A stretch of DNA of 64,000 nt. Source: an uncultured delta proteobacterium. GTDB taxonomy: Bacteria > Myxococcota_A > Polyangia > Polyangiales > Polyangiaceae. Where the stretch lies: contig CAVOKF010000005.1 of the NCBI GenBank assembly GCA_963696385.1, positions 1,376,001 to 1,440,000 on the forward strand, in the 5' to 3' direction. The first letter of the stretch is position 1. Each line of letters begins with the position of its first letter. The translations under genes were made by a program, and so were the position numbers. This document shows positions 10,433 to 20,438 of this stretch, one piece after another. The notes beneath the pieces were generated by a model, which worked only from the letters and a program-made list of their open reading frames with translations, was not told the origin of the DNA and made no database searches.

Positions 10433-11676
10433 GGCTGGCTCGGATGCGCGCCGTACACGCTGAGGCTGTGGTCACGGGCGACGGGAACGCGATTCGCGAC
10501 GCCGCCGTCGTCGTCGATTCGCGCGGCGAGGTCGTCGACGTCGGTCCTGCCGGCGAAGTTCTCCCGCGCCACGGTGGCATCGATGTCGAGCGAGCCCGCG
10601 GCGTGTTGCTGCCCGGGCTCGTCAACGCGCACACCCATTTGGAGCTGAGTGCTTTGCGCGGGCGCGTGCCCGGGGGTGCGGGCTTCGTTCCCTGGGTGGA
10701 GCACCTCATCGGGGCGCGGATCGAGTCGCATCCGGAAGAGGACGCGGACGCGATCGAGCGTGCAGTCGATGAGCTCGATGCGTTCGGCACCGTTGCCGTC
10801 GGCGAGGTGACGAATTCTCTTGGAGCCGTCCGAACGCTCGCTCGCCGAGGTTTTATTGGTTGCATATTCCACGAAGTCTTCGGCGTCGATGCCGATTCCG
10901 TCGAACGGCGAGTCGCCGCGCTGCCTCGCATTCTCGAGGAGCGCGTTGGCGAATGGCCGTCCTCGCAATTGGCCTATGCACCCACTCCGCATACCTTGTA
11001 CACGACGCACGAGAGCGTCGTACGTCGTCTTGTAAGAGACGCGCGCGAGAGCAACGCGCGTGCGAGCGTCCATCTCGCCGAGCATGCGCCGGAAAGACGC
11101 TTTCTCGAACACGGGGACGGTCCCATCCGGACCTGGTACGAACAGCGGCTGAAACTGCGTCCAGAGAGCATCCACTGGCCGGGCAAGGCTCCGGTTGCGC
11201 TTGCGGACGAGTGGGGCGTGCTCGCCTCCCATGTGATCTGCGTGCATATGACCGATGCGCGTCCAGACGAACTCGACCTGGTCGCTCGGCGAGGTGCACC
11301 GCTCGTGTTTTGTCCGCGCTCGAACCTGTTCATCGAGACGCGGCTGCCCCCTTTGCTCGCCGCGCGCGCGGCGGGAATCGTCGCGGCACTGGGTACCGAC
11401 TCGCTGGCCTCGAACGGATCATTGGACGTGCTCGCGGAGGCGCGCGCGCTTTCGGATCGGTTTCCGACTGTGCCTGCGACGGAGCTCGTACGCATGGCCA
11501 CCTGGGAGGGCGCCCGCGCGTTGGGTCTGCCGGGCATTGGCCGCATCGCACGGGGCGCGCATCCCGGGATCTTTCTCATCGAGGGTCAACCGGACGGGGA
11601 CCCGTGTGCATTCGTCCTCGCCAACGTGCGAGCGTCGCGTCGGTGGGTCGCGCGCCGCTCGGAGAGCGGACGATGA
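10429..11676 (+). CDS. Metal-dependent amidohydrolase, probable aminodeoxyfutalosine deaminase
   Basis: PGLVNAHTHLE, PHTLYT, SVHLAEH, CVH, CPRSN, LGTDSLASN motifs; coupled inside the mqn operon. Substrate is inferred from context. Confidence 0.8.
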   Translation: MRLARMRAVHAEAVVTGDGNAIRDAAVVVDSRGEVVDVGPAGEVLPRHGGIDVERARGVLLPGLVNAHTHLELSALRGRVPGGAGFVPWVEHLIGARIESHPEEDADAIERAVDELDAFGTVAVGEVTNSLGAVRTLARRGFIGCIFHEVFGVDADSVERRVAALPRILEERVGEWPSSQLAYAPTPHTLYTTHESVVRRLVRDARESNARASVHLAEHAPERRFLEHGDGPIRTWYEQRLKLRPESIHWPGKAPVALADEWGVLASHVICVHMTDARPDELDLVARRGAPLVFCPRSNLFIETRLPPLLAARAAGIVAALGTDSLASNGSLDVLAEARALSDRFPTVPATELVRMATWEGARALGLPGIGRIARGAHPGIFLIEGQPDGDPCAFVLANVRASRRWVARRSESGR

Positions 11677-12551
11677 ATGTCCTCGCGCGTCTCCGAACGT
11701 ACGGCTCGCTGGTCGCGTTTGCGCACACGGTCTTTGCGATGCCCTTCGCCGCAAGTGGTCTCGTGCTTTCGCTGGCCGTACCGCACCGACCCATGACCGC
11801 TTGGCGAATTGCGGAAATGGTCGTCTGCATGATTTGTGCGCGCACGAGCGCGATGGCATTCAACCGTTGGGCGGACCGCGACGTGGATGCCCAGAACCAG
11901 AGGACCCGAGGGCGGCATCTGCCGACCGGGACGGTTCGTCCCGGCGAAGCGCTCGCGCTCTCGGTCGTCGCCGGGATCGGCTTTCTCGGGGTCGCCGCAC
12001 GGCTTGGTTTCTGGCCCGGAGTTCTTGCGCCTTGGGTGCTGGCGATTCTGCTGGGGTACTCTTACGCAAAGCGATTCACGTGGGGAGCGCACGCCTGGCT
12101 CGGCGTCGCGCTCTCATTGGCGCCAGGAGGCGTGTGGGTAGCCATGGGGGCGCGGCCCGGCACCGGCATTCTGCTCCTCATGGCTGGGGTGGTGACTTGG
12201 CTGCTCGGGTTCGACGTCCTCTACTCGCTGCAGGACGAGGCGTTCGACCGCCGCGTGCAGCTGCACTCGATTCCAGCCAGGTTCGGCATGCGCCGCGCGC
12301 TCGATATCAGCGCGGCCGCTCACGTCGTTACGATCGTGGCCTTCGCGGGCTGTGGTATCGCGCTGCATCGTGGTGTCCCCTACGGCTTCGGGGTCGTCAC
12401 GTGCGCCGGATTGCTCGTATACGAGCATTGGCTTGTGCGGCGTCGGGGCCTTTCGGTTATCGACCGCGCATTTTTCGACGTCAACGCATGGGTCAGCGTC
12501 GCGTTCTTCGTCCTCGTTGCGATGGACGAAGTGGCACGCCGATCGAGCTAA
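11673..12551 (+). CDS. mqnP: UbiA-family prenyltransferase (MqnP)
   Basis: FAHTVFAMPFA, ARTSAMAFNRWADRDVDAQNQRTRGRHLP, YSYAKRFT, FDVLYSLQDEAFD, AFFDVN; multiple TM helices. Confidence 0.9.
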   Translation: MNVLARLRTYGSLVAFAHTVFAMPFAASGLVLSLAVPHRPMTAWRIAEMVVCMICARTSAMAFNRWADRDVDAQNQRTRGRHLPTGTVRPGEALALSVVAGIGFLGVAARLGFWPGVLAPWVLAILLGYSYAKRFTWGAHAWLGVALSLAPGGVWVAMGARPGTGILLLMAGVVTWLLGFDVLYSLQDEAFDRRVQLHSIPARFGMRRALDISAAAHVVTIVAFAGCGIALHRGVPYGFGVVTCAGLLVYEHWLVRRRGLSVIDRAFFDVNAWVSVAFFVLVAMDEVARRSS

Positions 12552-12844
12552 ATCGTTTCGGGCCAGCTGCGCGAGTAACGAGTTACGCGGGGTCCGTCTT
12601 CTAAGTCCGGCGGATCCATCCGCGGGCGCGCTTGTGCTTGCGGCGAGTACAGCGCGGCGATGAACGGGAGATGAACTGGCATTATCCTGGTACGCAAACG
12701 GACCACGAGCCTTCCAGTCGCGTTGTTCTTCCCGGGCTCCCCCGCGTACCTCCAAAGCCGCTCCCGCGGCGTTGCGAGTGGCACGTCCCGCAAGAACCAT
12801 CGCACTTATGGATTCGCGCGACTTGCGGAGTGGACCCCTAGTAC

Positions 12845-14305
12845 CTAGTGCGTCGAGCACTTCATCAGGCACATCAGGTCGCCGTTGCAACCGCAGTCGT
12901 TGCCCGCTTTCTTGGCAGCAGGCGGGGCCGGAGCTGGAGCCGCGACAGCGGCTGTGTCGCCGGCTGCGGGGCTGGCGCCTGCCGGCCTAGTGGGTGCCGG
13001 TGCATGGATGCTGACTCCGCCGCCTCCGGGGTACGCTTTTGGCTTGGGGAACGCGGAGGCCGAAGAAACTGCCGAAGCGGACGGGATTGCGCCCGCCGCC
13101 GCTGTTGCAGATTCCACGGGGGCGCTCGCGGTCCCGGTCGGAGCTGGGATCGCGGACGCGGTCGCGCTCGCGGCGGTGACGCTGCTTCCGCCGGCGATCT
13201 TGGTGCCAATTGCGATGCCGGCGCCCAGAAGGAGAGCGACGAGCGCGCCGCCGCCGACGACCAGTGGCAAACGGCTTTTCGGCCGGTCGCCGAGCGGCGA
13301 TGCGACCGCACTTGTCGGCACGCCGAGTGGCGGCATGGCGCCGATCGGGGGCGAAAACACCGCGGCGTCGGCCATCCCGACGGGCGGCCGCATCGATTCC
13401 GTCTTGGCCGCCAGCGCCTTGAGGTCGATGAGACCCGAGTCGTCATCGGCAGCGGCTTCCGCTCTATCCACCGTTGCGCGATGTTCCGCCGTCTTCGTAA
13501 GAACCGCGAGTGAGAATAGAACGGAGTTCTCGTTGCGCTCGCCTGGACGTTTGCCGGACCCGTCATCGAGCAGCGCAATGGCGGGGCCTTGGGTCGCCGC
13601 CACCGCGGTTTCGGGGAAGCCACGCAACTCGTCCGGGCTGATCTTGGAGGCGAAGAGATCTCGCGCGCGGGTTTCGCGTTTGACGACGGCCGCCCTCTTC
13701 GGCTCAGTTCGGGCCGTCGTGGTTTCCGGCGCTGTCGTCGTCGGCTCGGATGCGTCGGCTACCGCACGAGAGTCGTACACACGCGTCGCGTCGCGCCCGT
13801 CGTCTTCCTCGACGGCACCTGCCTGCCCGGGATCCGCAGCGTGGGCGGTGTGAGGGTCGCGCGCGAACCCATTATTGGCAACGGCGCTCGAGGGTGGCGA
13901 CGCTTGGACGGGCGGCTCTTGGACCTGGAGCGCGGAGACAACCGCGTCGACTTCCGCGAGCGCCTTCCAGTCGTCCATTCCGTCGGTCCAGATGAAGGTG
14001 TCCTGGGTGACGACCGCGGAGTTGTACGCGTCGACGAGCTCGTCGAGGCTCATGGTTCGCTGATCGTTCTCTGCGACGTTGACGTGCCAGGGCCGAGGGT
14101 CGATAGGTTCCCGCTTGCCTTCGCCCGACGTGCGACTTCCGCCGCTCGGCACCGGCGCTACCGATCCATTGGCCGCAGCCTGACCCACCCCATCGACGAC
14201 GATGGTCGATCCACACTTTCGGCAACGTATCTTGACGATCTTGCCTTGGACCTTCTCGTCGGCGACGTTGTACTTGGACTGGCACGACTTGCAGGTGATC
14301 TTCAT
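12845..14305 (-). CDS. Zinc-ribbon (MJ0042-type) plus GYF_2 domain membrane protein, GltJ/AgmX-like N-terminus
   Basis: MKITCKSCQSKYNVADEKV...KIRCRKCG; WHVNV...TFIWTDGMDDWKAL (GYF_2); GERNENSVLFSL; one TM helix; Ala/Pro linker; C-terminal CGCNGDLMCLMKC. Confidence 0.85.
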   Translation of the reverse strand: MKITCKSCQSKYNVADEKVQGKIVKIRCRKCGSTIVVDGVGQAAANGSVAPVPSGGSRTSGEGKREPIDPRPWHVNVAENDQRTMSLDELVDAYNSAVVTQDTFIWTDGMDDWKALAEVDAVVSALQVQEPPVQASPPSSAVANNGFARDPHTAHAADPGQAGAVEEDDGRDATRVYDSRAVADASEPTTTAPETTTARTEPKRAAVVKRETRARDLFASKISPDELRGFPETAVAATQGPAIALLDDGSGKRPGERNENSVLFSLAVLTKTAEHRATVDRAEAAADDDSGLIDLKALAAKTESMRPPVGMADAAVFSPPIGAMPPLGVPTSAVASPLGDRPKSRLPLVVGGGALVALLLGAGIAIGTKIAGGSSVTAASATASAIPAPTGTASAPVESATAAAGAIPSASAVSSASAFPKPKAYPGGGGVSIHAPAPTRPAGASPAAGDTAAVAAPAPAPPAAKKAGNDCGCNGDLMCLMKCSTH

Positions 14306-14538
14306 GTGAGCCCGATGGGTGCGAAGCAGTGTACCTCGATGGCCGTTTTCCCGCCTGCTTTTGAGCCTCGGGAAGAGGCCGGGAGCGCCGACGGCGGTCG
14401 CTATCGAGTCGGACGACGGCGGTCGCCGTCGTGCACCCGGCAACGCAGCTCTCCGCAGCGTTGAGGTGGGCCGTGCACGAGGCTCGACGTGGATCGCCGC
14501 CAACGATCGAGCTTCCGGTCGGCGCCGCCGGGTCGGAG

Positions 14539-15682
14539 CTACCTTCTCGACGCCCCTCTGAGAATCGTCACCGCGCAGGAATGTGGCCTCGCCCTGGAAT
14601 TTCGCGGCGAGCATCGGGCCTTGCGGCTCCGCGCCGGCTGCGCCTGCGGGGGAAGGCTCGGCTGTGGGTGACCGGAAGAACATCGCGACTCGCTGTTCAA
14701 GCGTGGCCTTGCGTGGCAGGAACTCGCCACGCACGAGCTCCGTCTCCCCTTGTGCCTGTCCATCAAACTGTTCGAGCGTCCCACCTTTCGGCACGCCTTG
14801 GAGCTGCGTTTCCTTCGTCGCGGCATAGACCTGTGTGCTGACCGTCAGGCTGACCCGTTCTCCTTCGATGCCCTTTACGCGGAAGGCACGGTAAGCAATG
14901 ACATCCACCCCCCACCATGGCATTCGCGTTTCGGCGATCCACTGAGCGCCGACGCCCACGGCTTTCGACGGTAACGGTACGAGCAACAGCATCAGCGCCT
15001 CGGCGGCGTTTTTGGCCATCGTCTCGAGATCCGGACGGGTCGCTTTGCCGAGGAGGACCTGCTCTTCGCTCGTGCGTCCGTCGGGTGTGACTTTCACCCG
15101 GATCTCCGTCCCCTCGAGCGACGCAATTTCCCTTTCGGTCCCGGGCGGAAGCTCGCCGTATTGCTCCTTGGCGGGAATCGCCTTGCGGATGTCTGCCAAG
15201 AGCCAGTCGCCACCGCTGTCGTCTTTCTTGGCAGCTCCGAGGGCGAGGGTCATGTCCACCGTCGGCAAGGCCGCGCGCGGCCCCATTTGCGTGGCGACTT
15301 CGAGGATCGCGCTTCCGGTTGAGAGCCTGCGGGCCACATCGGACGGTACATTGTTCGGCGCCGCTAGGTTTACGCGCGGTTCGTCACCGTCGTTGACGAG
15401 ATCGACTGTCGTCGCTGCGCCCTTCGGGTGGCGTTGATCTGCGGCACCGGCGGCGAACACCCCTTGAGCCGGGGGCCCCCGATCGGCCGTCGAGGAAGAC
15501 GTGGCCGCGGCCTGCAGGGCTTTCTCCAGTTTCGGATCGGCCGTTGCGTATTTGCCGGCCCCGGCCTCCGCGCGCGCGGACCCCTCCGAAGACGGTTGCT
15601 TTTTCTCTTCGCACCCCGCGGCGAGGACCAGGATGGCTGCGGCCTGAGCAATGACCACCAGTCTGCGAATCGAGCGGCGCAT
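14539..15682 (-). CDS. Hypothetical lipoprotein (apparent +1 frameshift at 14562-14566 reads through into the next gene)
   Basis: Signal/lipobox LAAGC; LPSKAVGVGAQW motif. Removing one base at GAATC gives ...GDDLRGASRR-TAG at 14539, separating it from the zinc-ribbon gene. Confidence 0.65.
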
Positions 15683-15860
15683 AGACGCTCATTTACCATA
15701 CGCAGCTCTGACGACACGCCGCCCGCCATCGAGCGGGCACGCTGCTGACTCATGCAGAACGGCGTGCGTGTCACACGGGCCGCTCGCTGGCCGTTCTTAT
15801 CCCTCGGTAGGCGCTTCCAGCGCGGACTGCCCTTGCCTCGCACCCCTACGCGGGGCGTGC

Positions 15861-16517
15861 TTACGCCTCGGTCGGAGCCCCAACGGGGCACGCGACGCCC
15901 GTTCCGCCCGATCCGCAATACCCGCTCGGGTTTTTAGCCAGGTATTGCTGATGATAATCCTCCGCGTAATAGAACTCTCCTGCGGATGAGATCTCGGTGG
16001 ATATGGCACCGTAGCGCGCGTCCTTCAGTCGCTTTTGATAAGCGTCGCGGGAGCGGGCGGCCGCGATGCGCTGAGGCTCATCGGACACATAAATGGCGGA
16101 TCGATATTGGGTTCCGACGTCGTTGCCCTGCCTCATGCCCTGCGTCGGATCGTGGCTCTCCCAAAAGACGCGCAAGAGATCTTCGTACGCGACCTTGGCG
16201 GGGTCGAAGACGACGCGAACGACCTCGGCGTGGCCCGTTTGGCCCGTGCACACTTCACGATACGTGGGGTTGGGCGTGGAGCCGCCCGCGTAGCCGACTT
16301 GGGTCGAGAAGACACCCGGGATCTGCCAAAAGTCCTTCTCGGCTCCCCAAAAGCAACCCATTCCGAAGATGGCCTGCCGCAAATCAGGGGGAAACGGCGG
16401 GATCGTGGGGGTGCCCAAGACGAAGTGGCGATCGGCCACTCGCACGCGTTGAGGACGGCCTGGTAGGGTGTGTTCGGCGGGCGTCACGGTCGACTCTCGG
16501 GTTCGTGTGGGAGACAT
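15861..16517 (-). CDS. msrA: Peptide-methionine (S)-S-oxide reductase
   Basis: [55 protein letters not shown]. Confidence 0.97.
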   Translation of the reverse strand: MSPTRTRESTVTPAEHTLPGRPQRVRVADRHFVLGTPTIPPFPPDLRQAIFGMGCFWGAEKDFWQIPGVFSTQVGYAGGSTPNPTYREVCTGQTGHAEVVRVVFDPAKVAYEDLLRVFWESHDPTQGMRQGNDVGTQYRSAIYVSDEPQRIAAARSRDAYQKRLKDARYGAISTEISSAGEFYYAEDYHQQYLAKNPSGYCGSGGTGVACPVGAPTEA

Positions 16518-16684
16518 CGTAGCCGTTAGCTGTCCTTAGCGCGCGGGAGCCTGGGGGCAAACGGACCGCGGGACGATCGCTGTACGAACGGATTCGGCCG
16601 CCGAGAGTTCACACGGCGATCGGCTCGCTCGCTATGGCCGTTGCGCGGATCGTGCGAACGGAAAGAGCCGCGGATCTTGGGGCC

Positions 16685-18025
16685 TCATGGCACGACCACT
16701 GTCGGACACGATGGCGTCGGTGGAATTCGAAGGGGGGGATTGACGCGCGCCCTCTCGGGCCTTCCCCACGCCGCGAGCAAGGCGAAGTGCTCGAAGGCGC
16801 ACGGGGTCACCTCCGCGGAACGGACGTCGTCCGCGCGCATCTCGAGGCCACGCGCGATCTGCGAATCGCGGCGATCCCAGTCCGTTCGCCCGGGGCCCGC
16901 GCTCCAGCGACCCGCAAGCGAGCCGAGCCAGACTGCTGCGGCGGTCACGACGCAGACCGCGCCGGCGAGCCGAACGCGGGATTGAACGGTGCGTGCCGCG
17001 AGCGCGGTCGAGTCGGTACCGATGCCTGCGACGACCCACCAGACGGGCGAGAGGGCTCTGGCTGGGTGGTGGGTGGGCGCGCCATCGCGTACGTCGCCGA
17101 TTACGAGAAACGCGACGATCGCCACGATGGCAACGACGGTCCAGCCCCACCGCGCGCGCAGCGAGGAGTCGACGCAGAGGGCCCAAAGCGCAACGGCGGC
17201 GCACCCCGCCAGCTCCGGAGTCTCGGTGGCGAGAGCCCGTGGGAAGCCGAGCAACTTGTCTTGCACCGGAATCTGCGCGGCACCCATGGCGCGCCGAAAA
17301 GCGCTGACACGAGCGAGAAAATGCAGCGGATTGCCGTGCGCGTAGGCATTCCAGACCATCCACGATACCGGGCCGGAGATGGCGACCAGAGCACATGCCA
17401 TCTCACGAACGGCGGCGCGGCCGGAAGAACCGCGAGCCCGGGCGAGACACAGCGCCGCGAAGACCGCGGCCGCAGGCCAGGCTTCGTAGCGTGACAGCGA
17501 CGTCACCAGGAGCGCCCCCGCCGCCACCGGACGCGCTCGATCGCTTGTCATGCCCAACAGTGCGGCTGCGACGAGCGCTCCCGTCCAACCCTCTGGAACC
17601 GTCGCTACGCCGAGCCACGCGTTCCAGGGCAGCGCCATCGCGATGGCCGTTCCGGTCCATGCCGCGGCGCGATCGACGCGTACGGCGCGCATCGCGAGAT
17701 ACGGGGCGGCAACGCACGCGGTCCCCATGACGATCGCAACGGCGCGTGCGACTGCCAGGCTTCGCCCGAACAGGATCATCGCAGCGCCCTCGATCCAGAA
17801 GGGCAACGGCAACCAGCTCGTTCCGCTCGGGTCGAGTCGCGGCGCGTGAGCGAACTGTTCGGAGATCACGGTGCGGGCGTAATCGTCGTCCGAGACGTGC
17901 GAGAAGCCGCTTCGCAGCACGGTTGCGCTGACGGCCAGTTTGAGCGCGTAAAGCAGCGCAACATCGAGGAGTGCGCCGCGCGACCCGCGCTCGTCGGCAG
18001 GCCGAGCGCGGACGTCGCTCGTCAC
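16685..18025 (-). CDS. Polytopic membrane protein, possible GT-C (PMT-like) glycosyltransferase
   Basis: Many TM segments; SDDDYAR acidic motif after the first TM, WLPLPFW, SRYEAW; GTGA overlap with secG. Confidence 0.6.
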   Translation of the reverse strand: MTSDVRARPADERGSRGALLDVALLYALKLAVSATVLRSGFSHVSDDDYARTVISEQFAHAPRLDPSGTSWLPLPFWIEGAAMILFGRSLAVARAVAIVMGTACVAAPYLAMRAVRVDRAAAWTGTAIAMALPWNAWLGVATVPEGWTGALVAAALLGMTSDRARPVAAGALLVTSLSRYEAWPAAAVFAALCLARARGSSGRAAVREMACALVAISGPVSWMVWNAYAHGNPLHFLARVSAFRRAMGAAQIPVQDKLLGFPRALATETPELAGCAAVALWALCVDSSLRARWGWTVVAIVAIVAFLVIGDVRDGAPTHHPARALSPVWWVVAGIGTDSTALAARTVQSRVRLAGAVCVVTAAAVWLGSLAGRWSAGPGRTDWDRRDSQIARGLEMRADDVRSAEVTPCAFEHFALLAAWGRPERARVNPPLRIPPTPSCPTVVVP

Positions 18026-18384
18026 TTTCCGTCGGCGCCGGGAGCCCCCTCGGGCGCCGCACTGGTCTTGGGCTTGGCCTTGATTCGCGTGCCCTCGTTA
18101 CCTTTTCCTTTGCGCTGCTCTTCGACGATGCGTTGCTTCATCGCACGATCGCCCGAAGAGGACAGGTAGGCCAGCGAGACGCTCGTCAGCATAAAAATAG
18201 CCGCACACACGGCCGTCGCTCGGGTGAGAATGTTGCCGGCTCCTCGCCCGCCGAAGACTTGCTGCGTGGCTCCGCCGCCGAACGCGGCGCCCATTCCCCC
18301 CCCTTTGCCCTGCTGCAAGAGGACCACAAACATCAAAAAGCAGCAGACGAAGATATGGACGATGTCGAGCAGGGTGATGACCAT
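18022..18384 (-). CDS. secG: Preprotein translocase subunit SecG
   Basis: VVLLQQGKGGGMGAAFGGG...FGGRGAGNILTRAT; follows tpiA. Confidence 0.95.
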   Translation of the reverse strand: MVITLLDIVHIFVCCFLMFVVLLQQGKGGGMGAAFGGGATQQVFGGRGAGNILTRATAVCAAIFMLTSVSLAYLSSSGDRAMKQRIVEEQRKGKGNEGTRIKAKPKTSAAPEGAPGADGK

Positions 18385-18403
18385 GGCGAGTGAGCCTCGA
18401 TGG

Positions 18404-19205
18404 CTAGCGCAATTGCGGTCGGGTCGCTTCGGGCCGGGCTGCTATCGATTCGGCGGCACGAGCGATGGGACCGAAGTGTGCGACGTCGAGACTCGCCCCG
18501 CCGACCAGCGCGCCGTCCACGTCGGGAGCGCTCAGGAGAATCGACGGCATTGTCGGGCTTCACGGATCCACCGTAGAGGATGCGAGTCCGATCTGCGAGA
18601 GCCGCGGAGGAGCCTCTCAGCCACGATCGGATGGCCTGATGGACCTCTTGCGCCTCGGCCGGCCCGGCGTTTTTCCCGGTCCCAATCGCCCACACCGGTT
18701 CGTATGCGATGGCGACGTCGCTTGCGGCGTCGGCGATCAAGCCGAGGAAAGCTCGAACCTGCCGCTCGACCACTTCGAGGGTACGGGCGGCGTCGCGTTC
18801 TTGCAGCGTCTCGCCGACGCAAGCGATGGGCACCAGACCGTGTCGCAGAGCGGCGGCGACTTTTTCAGCGACGAAGGCGTCCGTTTCGCGGAAGTGCTGC
18901 CGCCGTTCACTGTGGCCTACGATGACCCAACGGCAACCGGCCGCAACCAACATCGGCGCACTGATTTCGCCGGTGAATGCGCCCGACTCTTTCGGGTGAA
19001 GATTTTGCGCCGCAATCTGAACACGACTTCCGTCGCATTCGTGAGCGCAGGCGGCCAGAGTGGTGAACGGTGGCGCGATCACCACGTCGACGCGGGGCAA
19101 CGCCGCCGCGAACCGCACAACGGCCATCGCAAGGTCGACCCCGGTTGGTCCTCCGTGGTGCATCTTCCAGTTGCCCGCAACGAGCGGGCGACGGTCGCGA
19201 TTCAA
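18404..19205 (-). CDS. tpiA: Triosephosphate isomerase (apparent +1 frameshift at 18538-18542)
   Basis: AGNWKM, GAFTGEIS, GHSERR, AYEPVWAIGTG, LYGGSVK. Removing one base restores DLLSAPDVDGALVGGASL and a TAG at 18404. Confidence 0.93.
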
Positions 19206-20413
19206 GTGCCCTCCGACGAGCGCAACACCTCGATGCCCGGCAGCTTCTTGCCTTCAATGAGCTCGAGCGATGCGCCGCCACCCGTCGATATGTGTTTCAT
19301 CTTCTTCGCGATGTCGCCTCCCGCTGCGTTCACCGCTGCCGCGCTGTCGCCGCCGCCGACAACCGTAAACGCACGCGAATCCGCCATCGCACGGGCGATG
19401 GCGAACGTCCCGTTCGCGAAGGGATCCTTCTCGAAAAGCCCCATGGGCCCGTTCCAGAATATGGTTTTTGCGGCGACGAAAACCTTCGAAAACAGGTCGA
19501 CACTTTTCGGTCCAATGTCGAGCGCCATCGTGCCCTGCGGCACATCGTCTACGCTCACCGTCCGTCCACTGACGGCTGCGGTGCTCGCGGCGACGACGAC
19601 GTCGACCGGAAGAAGAACCTCGACCCCTCGCTCTCGTGCCTTGTCGAGCAACGATCTTGCCAGTGGCAGCTTGTCCGCCTCGACGAGGGACGCCTGCATG
19701 TTTTTGCCGCGCGCCGCAAGAAACGTGTTCGCCATCGCTCCCCCGATGACGAGTGAACTGACTCGCTCGAGGAGCGACTCCACGACGGCGATCTTGTCGC
19801 TGACCTTGGCCCCACCGAGCACTGCGACGTACGGCTTTTCCGGGGTCGTGATGATGCGGCCCAGCGACGCTATCTCCTTCTCGAGCAAAAACCCGCAGCC
19901 GCGGTCACGGAAAAGCTTCGCGAGCCCGTACACGCTCGCGTGGGCTCGGTGGACTGAACCGAACGCGTCGTCGACATAAGCATCGGCCAGCGACGCGAGA
20001 TCGCGGCAGAACGCCTCGTCGTCCTTCTCTTCTTCGGCGTGAAAGCGGAGATTCTCGAGCAGGCACACTTGGCCGCCGCGCAAATCGTAAACGACCTTTT
20101 TCGCGGAATCGCCGATGCAATCGTCGGGCAGCGAGACCTCCTGTCCGAGCAGCTCGGCGAGGCGCTTGGCGCAAGGCTCGAGGCTGAACTTGGGGTCGGG
20201 TCCCTTCTTCGGACGGCCCAGATGGCTTGCGCAGACGAGCCTCGAGCCGCGTTCGAGTGCGTGCTGGATCGTCGGAAGGGCCTCGCGGATGCGCGAGTCG
20301 TCGGTGATCGTGCTGCCATCGAGCGGCACGTTGAAGTCGACGCGCAAAAAAACGCGCTTGTTCTCGATAGGCAGGTCCCGGATGGTCCGGATCCCTTGCA
20401 ACGGGTTGCTCAT
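19202..20413 (-). CDS. pgk: Phosphoglycerate kinase
   Basis: RVDFNVP, SHLGRP, LLENLRF, GGAKVSDK, WNGPMG, GGGDS, HISTGGGASLE. Confidence 0.98.
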   Translation of the reverse strand: MSNPLQGIRTIRDLPIENKRVFLRVDFNVPLDGSTITDDSRIREALPTIQHALERGSRLVCASHLGRPKKGPDPKFSLEPCAKRLAELLGQEVSLPDDCIGDSAKKVVYDLRGGQVCLLENLRFHAEEEKDDEAFCRDLASLADAYVDDAFGSVHRAHASVYGLAKLFRDRGCGFLLEKEIASLGRIITTPEKPYVAVLGGAKVSDKIAVVESLLERVSSLVIGGAMANTFLAARGKNMQASLVEADKLPLARSLLDKARERGVEVLLPVDVVVAASTAAVSGRTVSVDDVPQGTMALDIGPKSVDLFSKVFVAAKTIFWNGPMGLFEKDPFANGTFAIARAMADSRAFTVVGGGDSAAAVNAAGGDIAKKMKHISTGGGASLELIEGKKLPGIEVLRSSEGT

Positions 20414-20438
20414 TGGGGGCGAGGTCTCCGGTTCCGGT

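Noticed and set aside
12552..12844. Possible sRNA or small ORF between convergent mqnP and the zinc-ribbon gene
   Set aside because: Only weak palindromes and ORFs without coding character.
12845..15682. 945-aa lipoprotein/zinc-ribbon fusion ORF
   Set aside because: Topologically implausible, and the joining segment is Arg-rich nonsense. One-base removal at 14562-14566 gives a stop at 14539 and two normal genes.
18333..19205. tpiA, serA, ubiD, sigma factor and hydrolase as pseudogenes or programmed frameshifts
   Set aside because: Each has a single indel, no other decay and no shared slippery codon context; sequencing error is more parsimonious.
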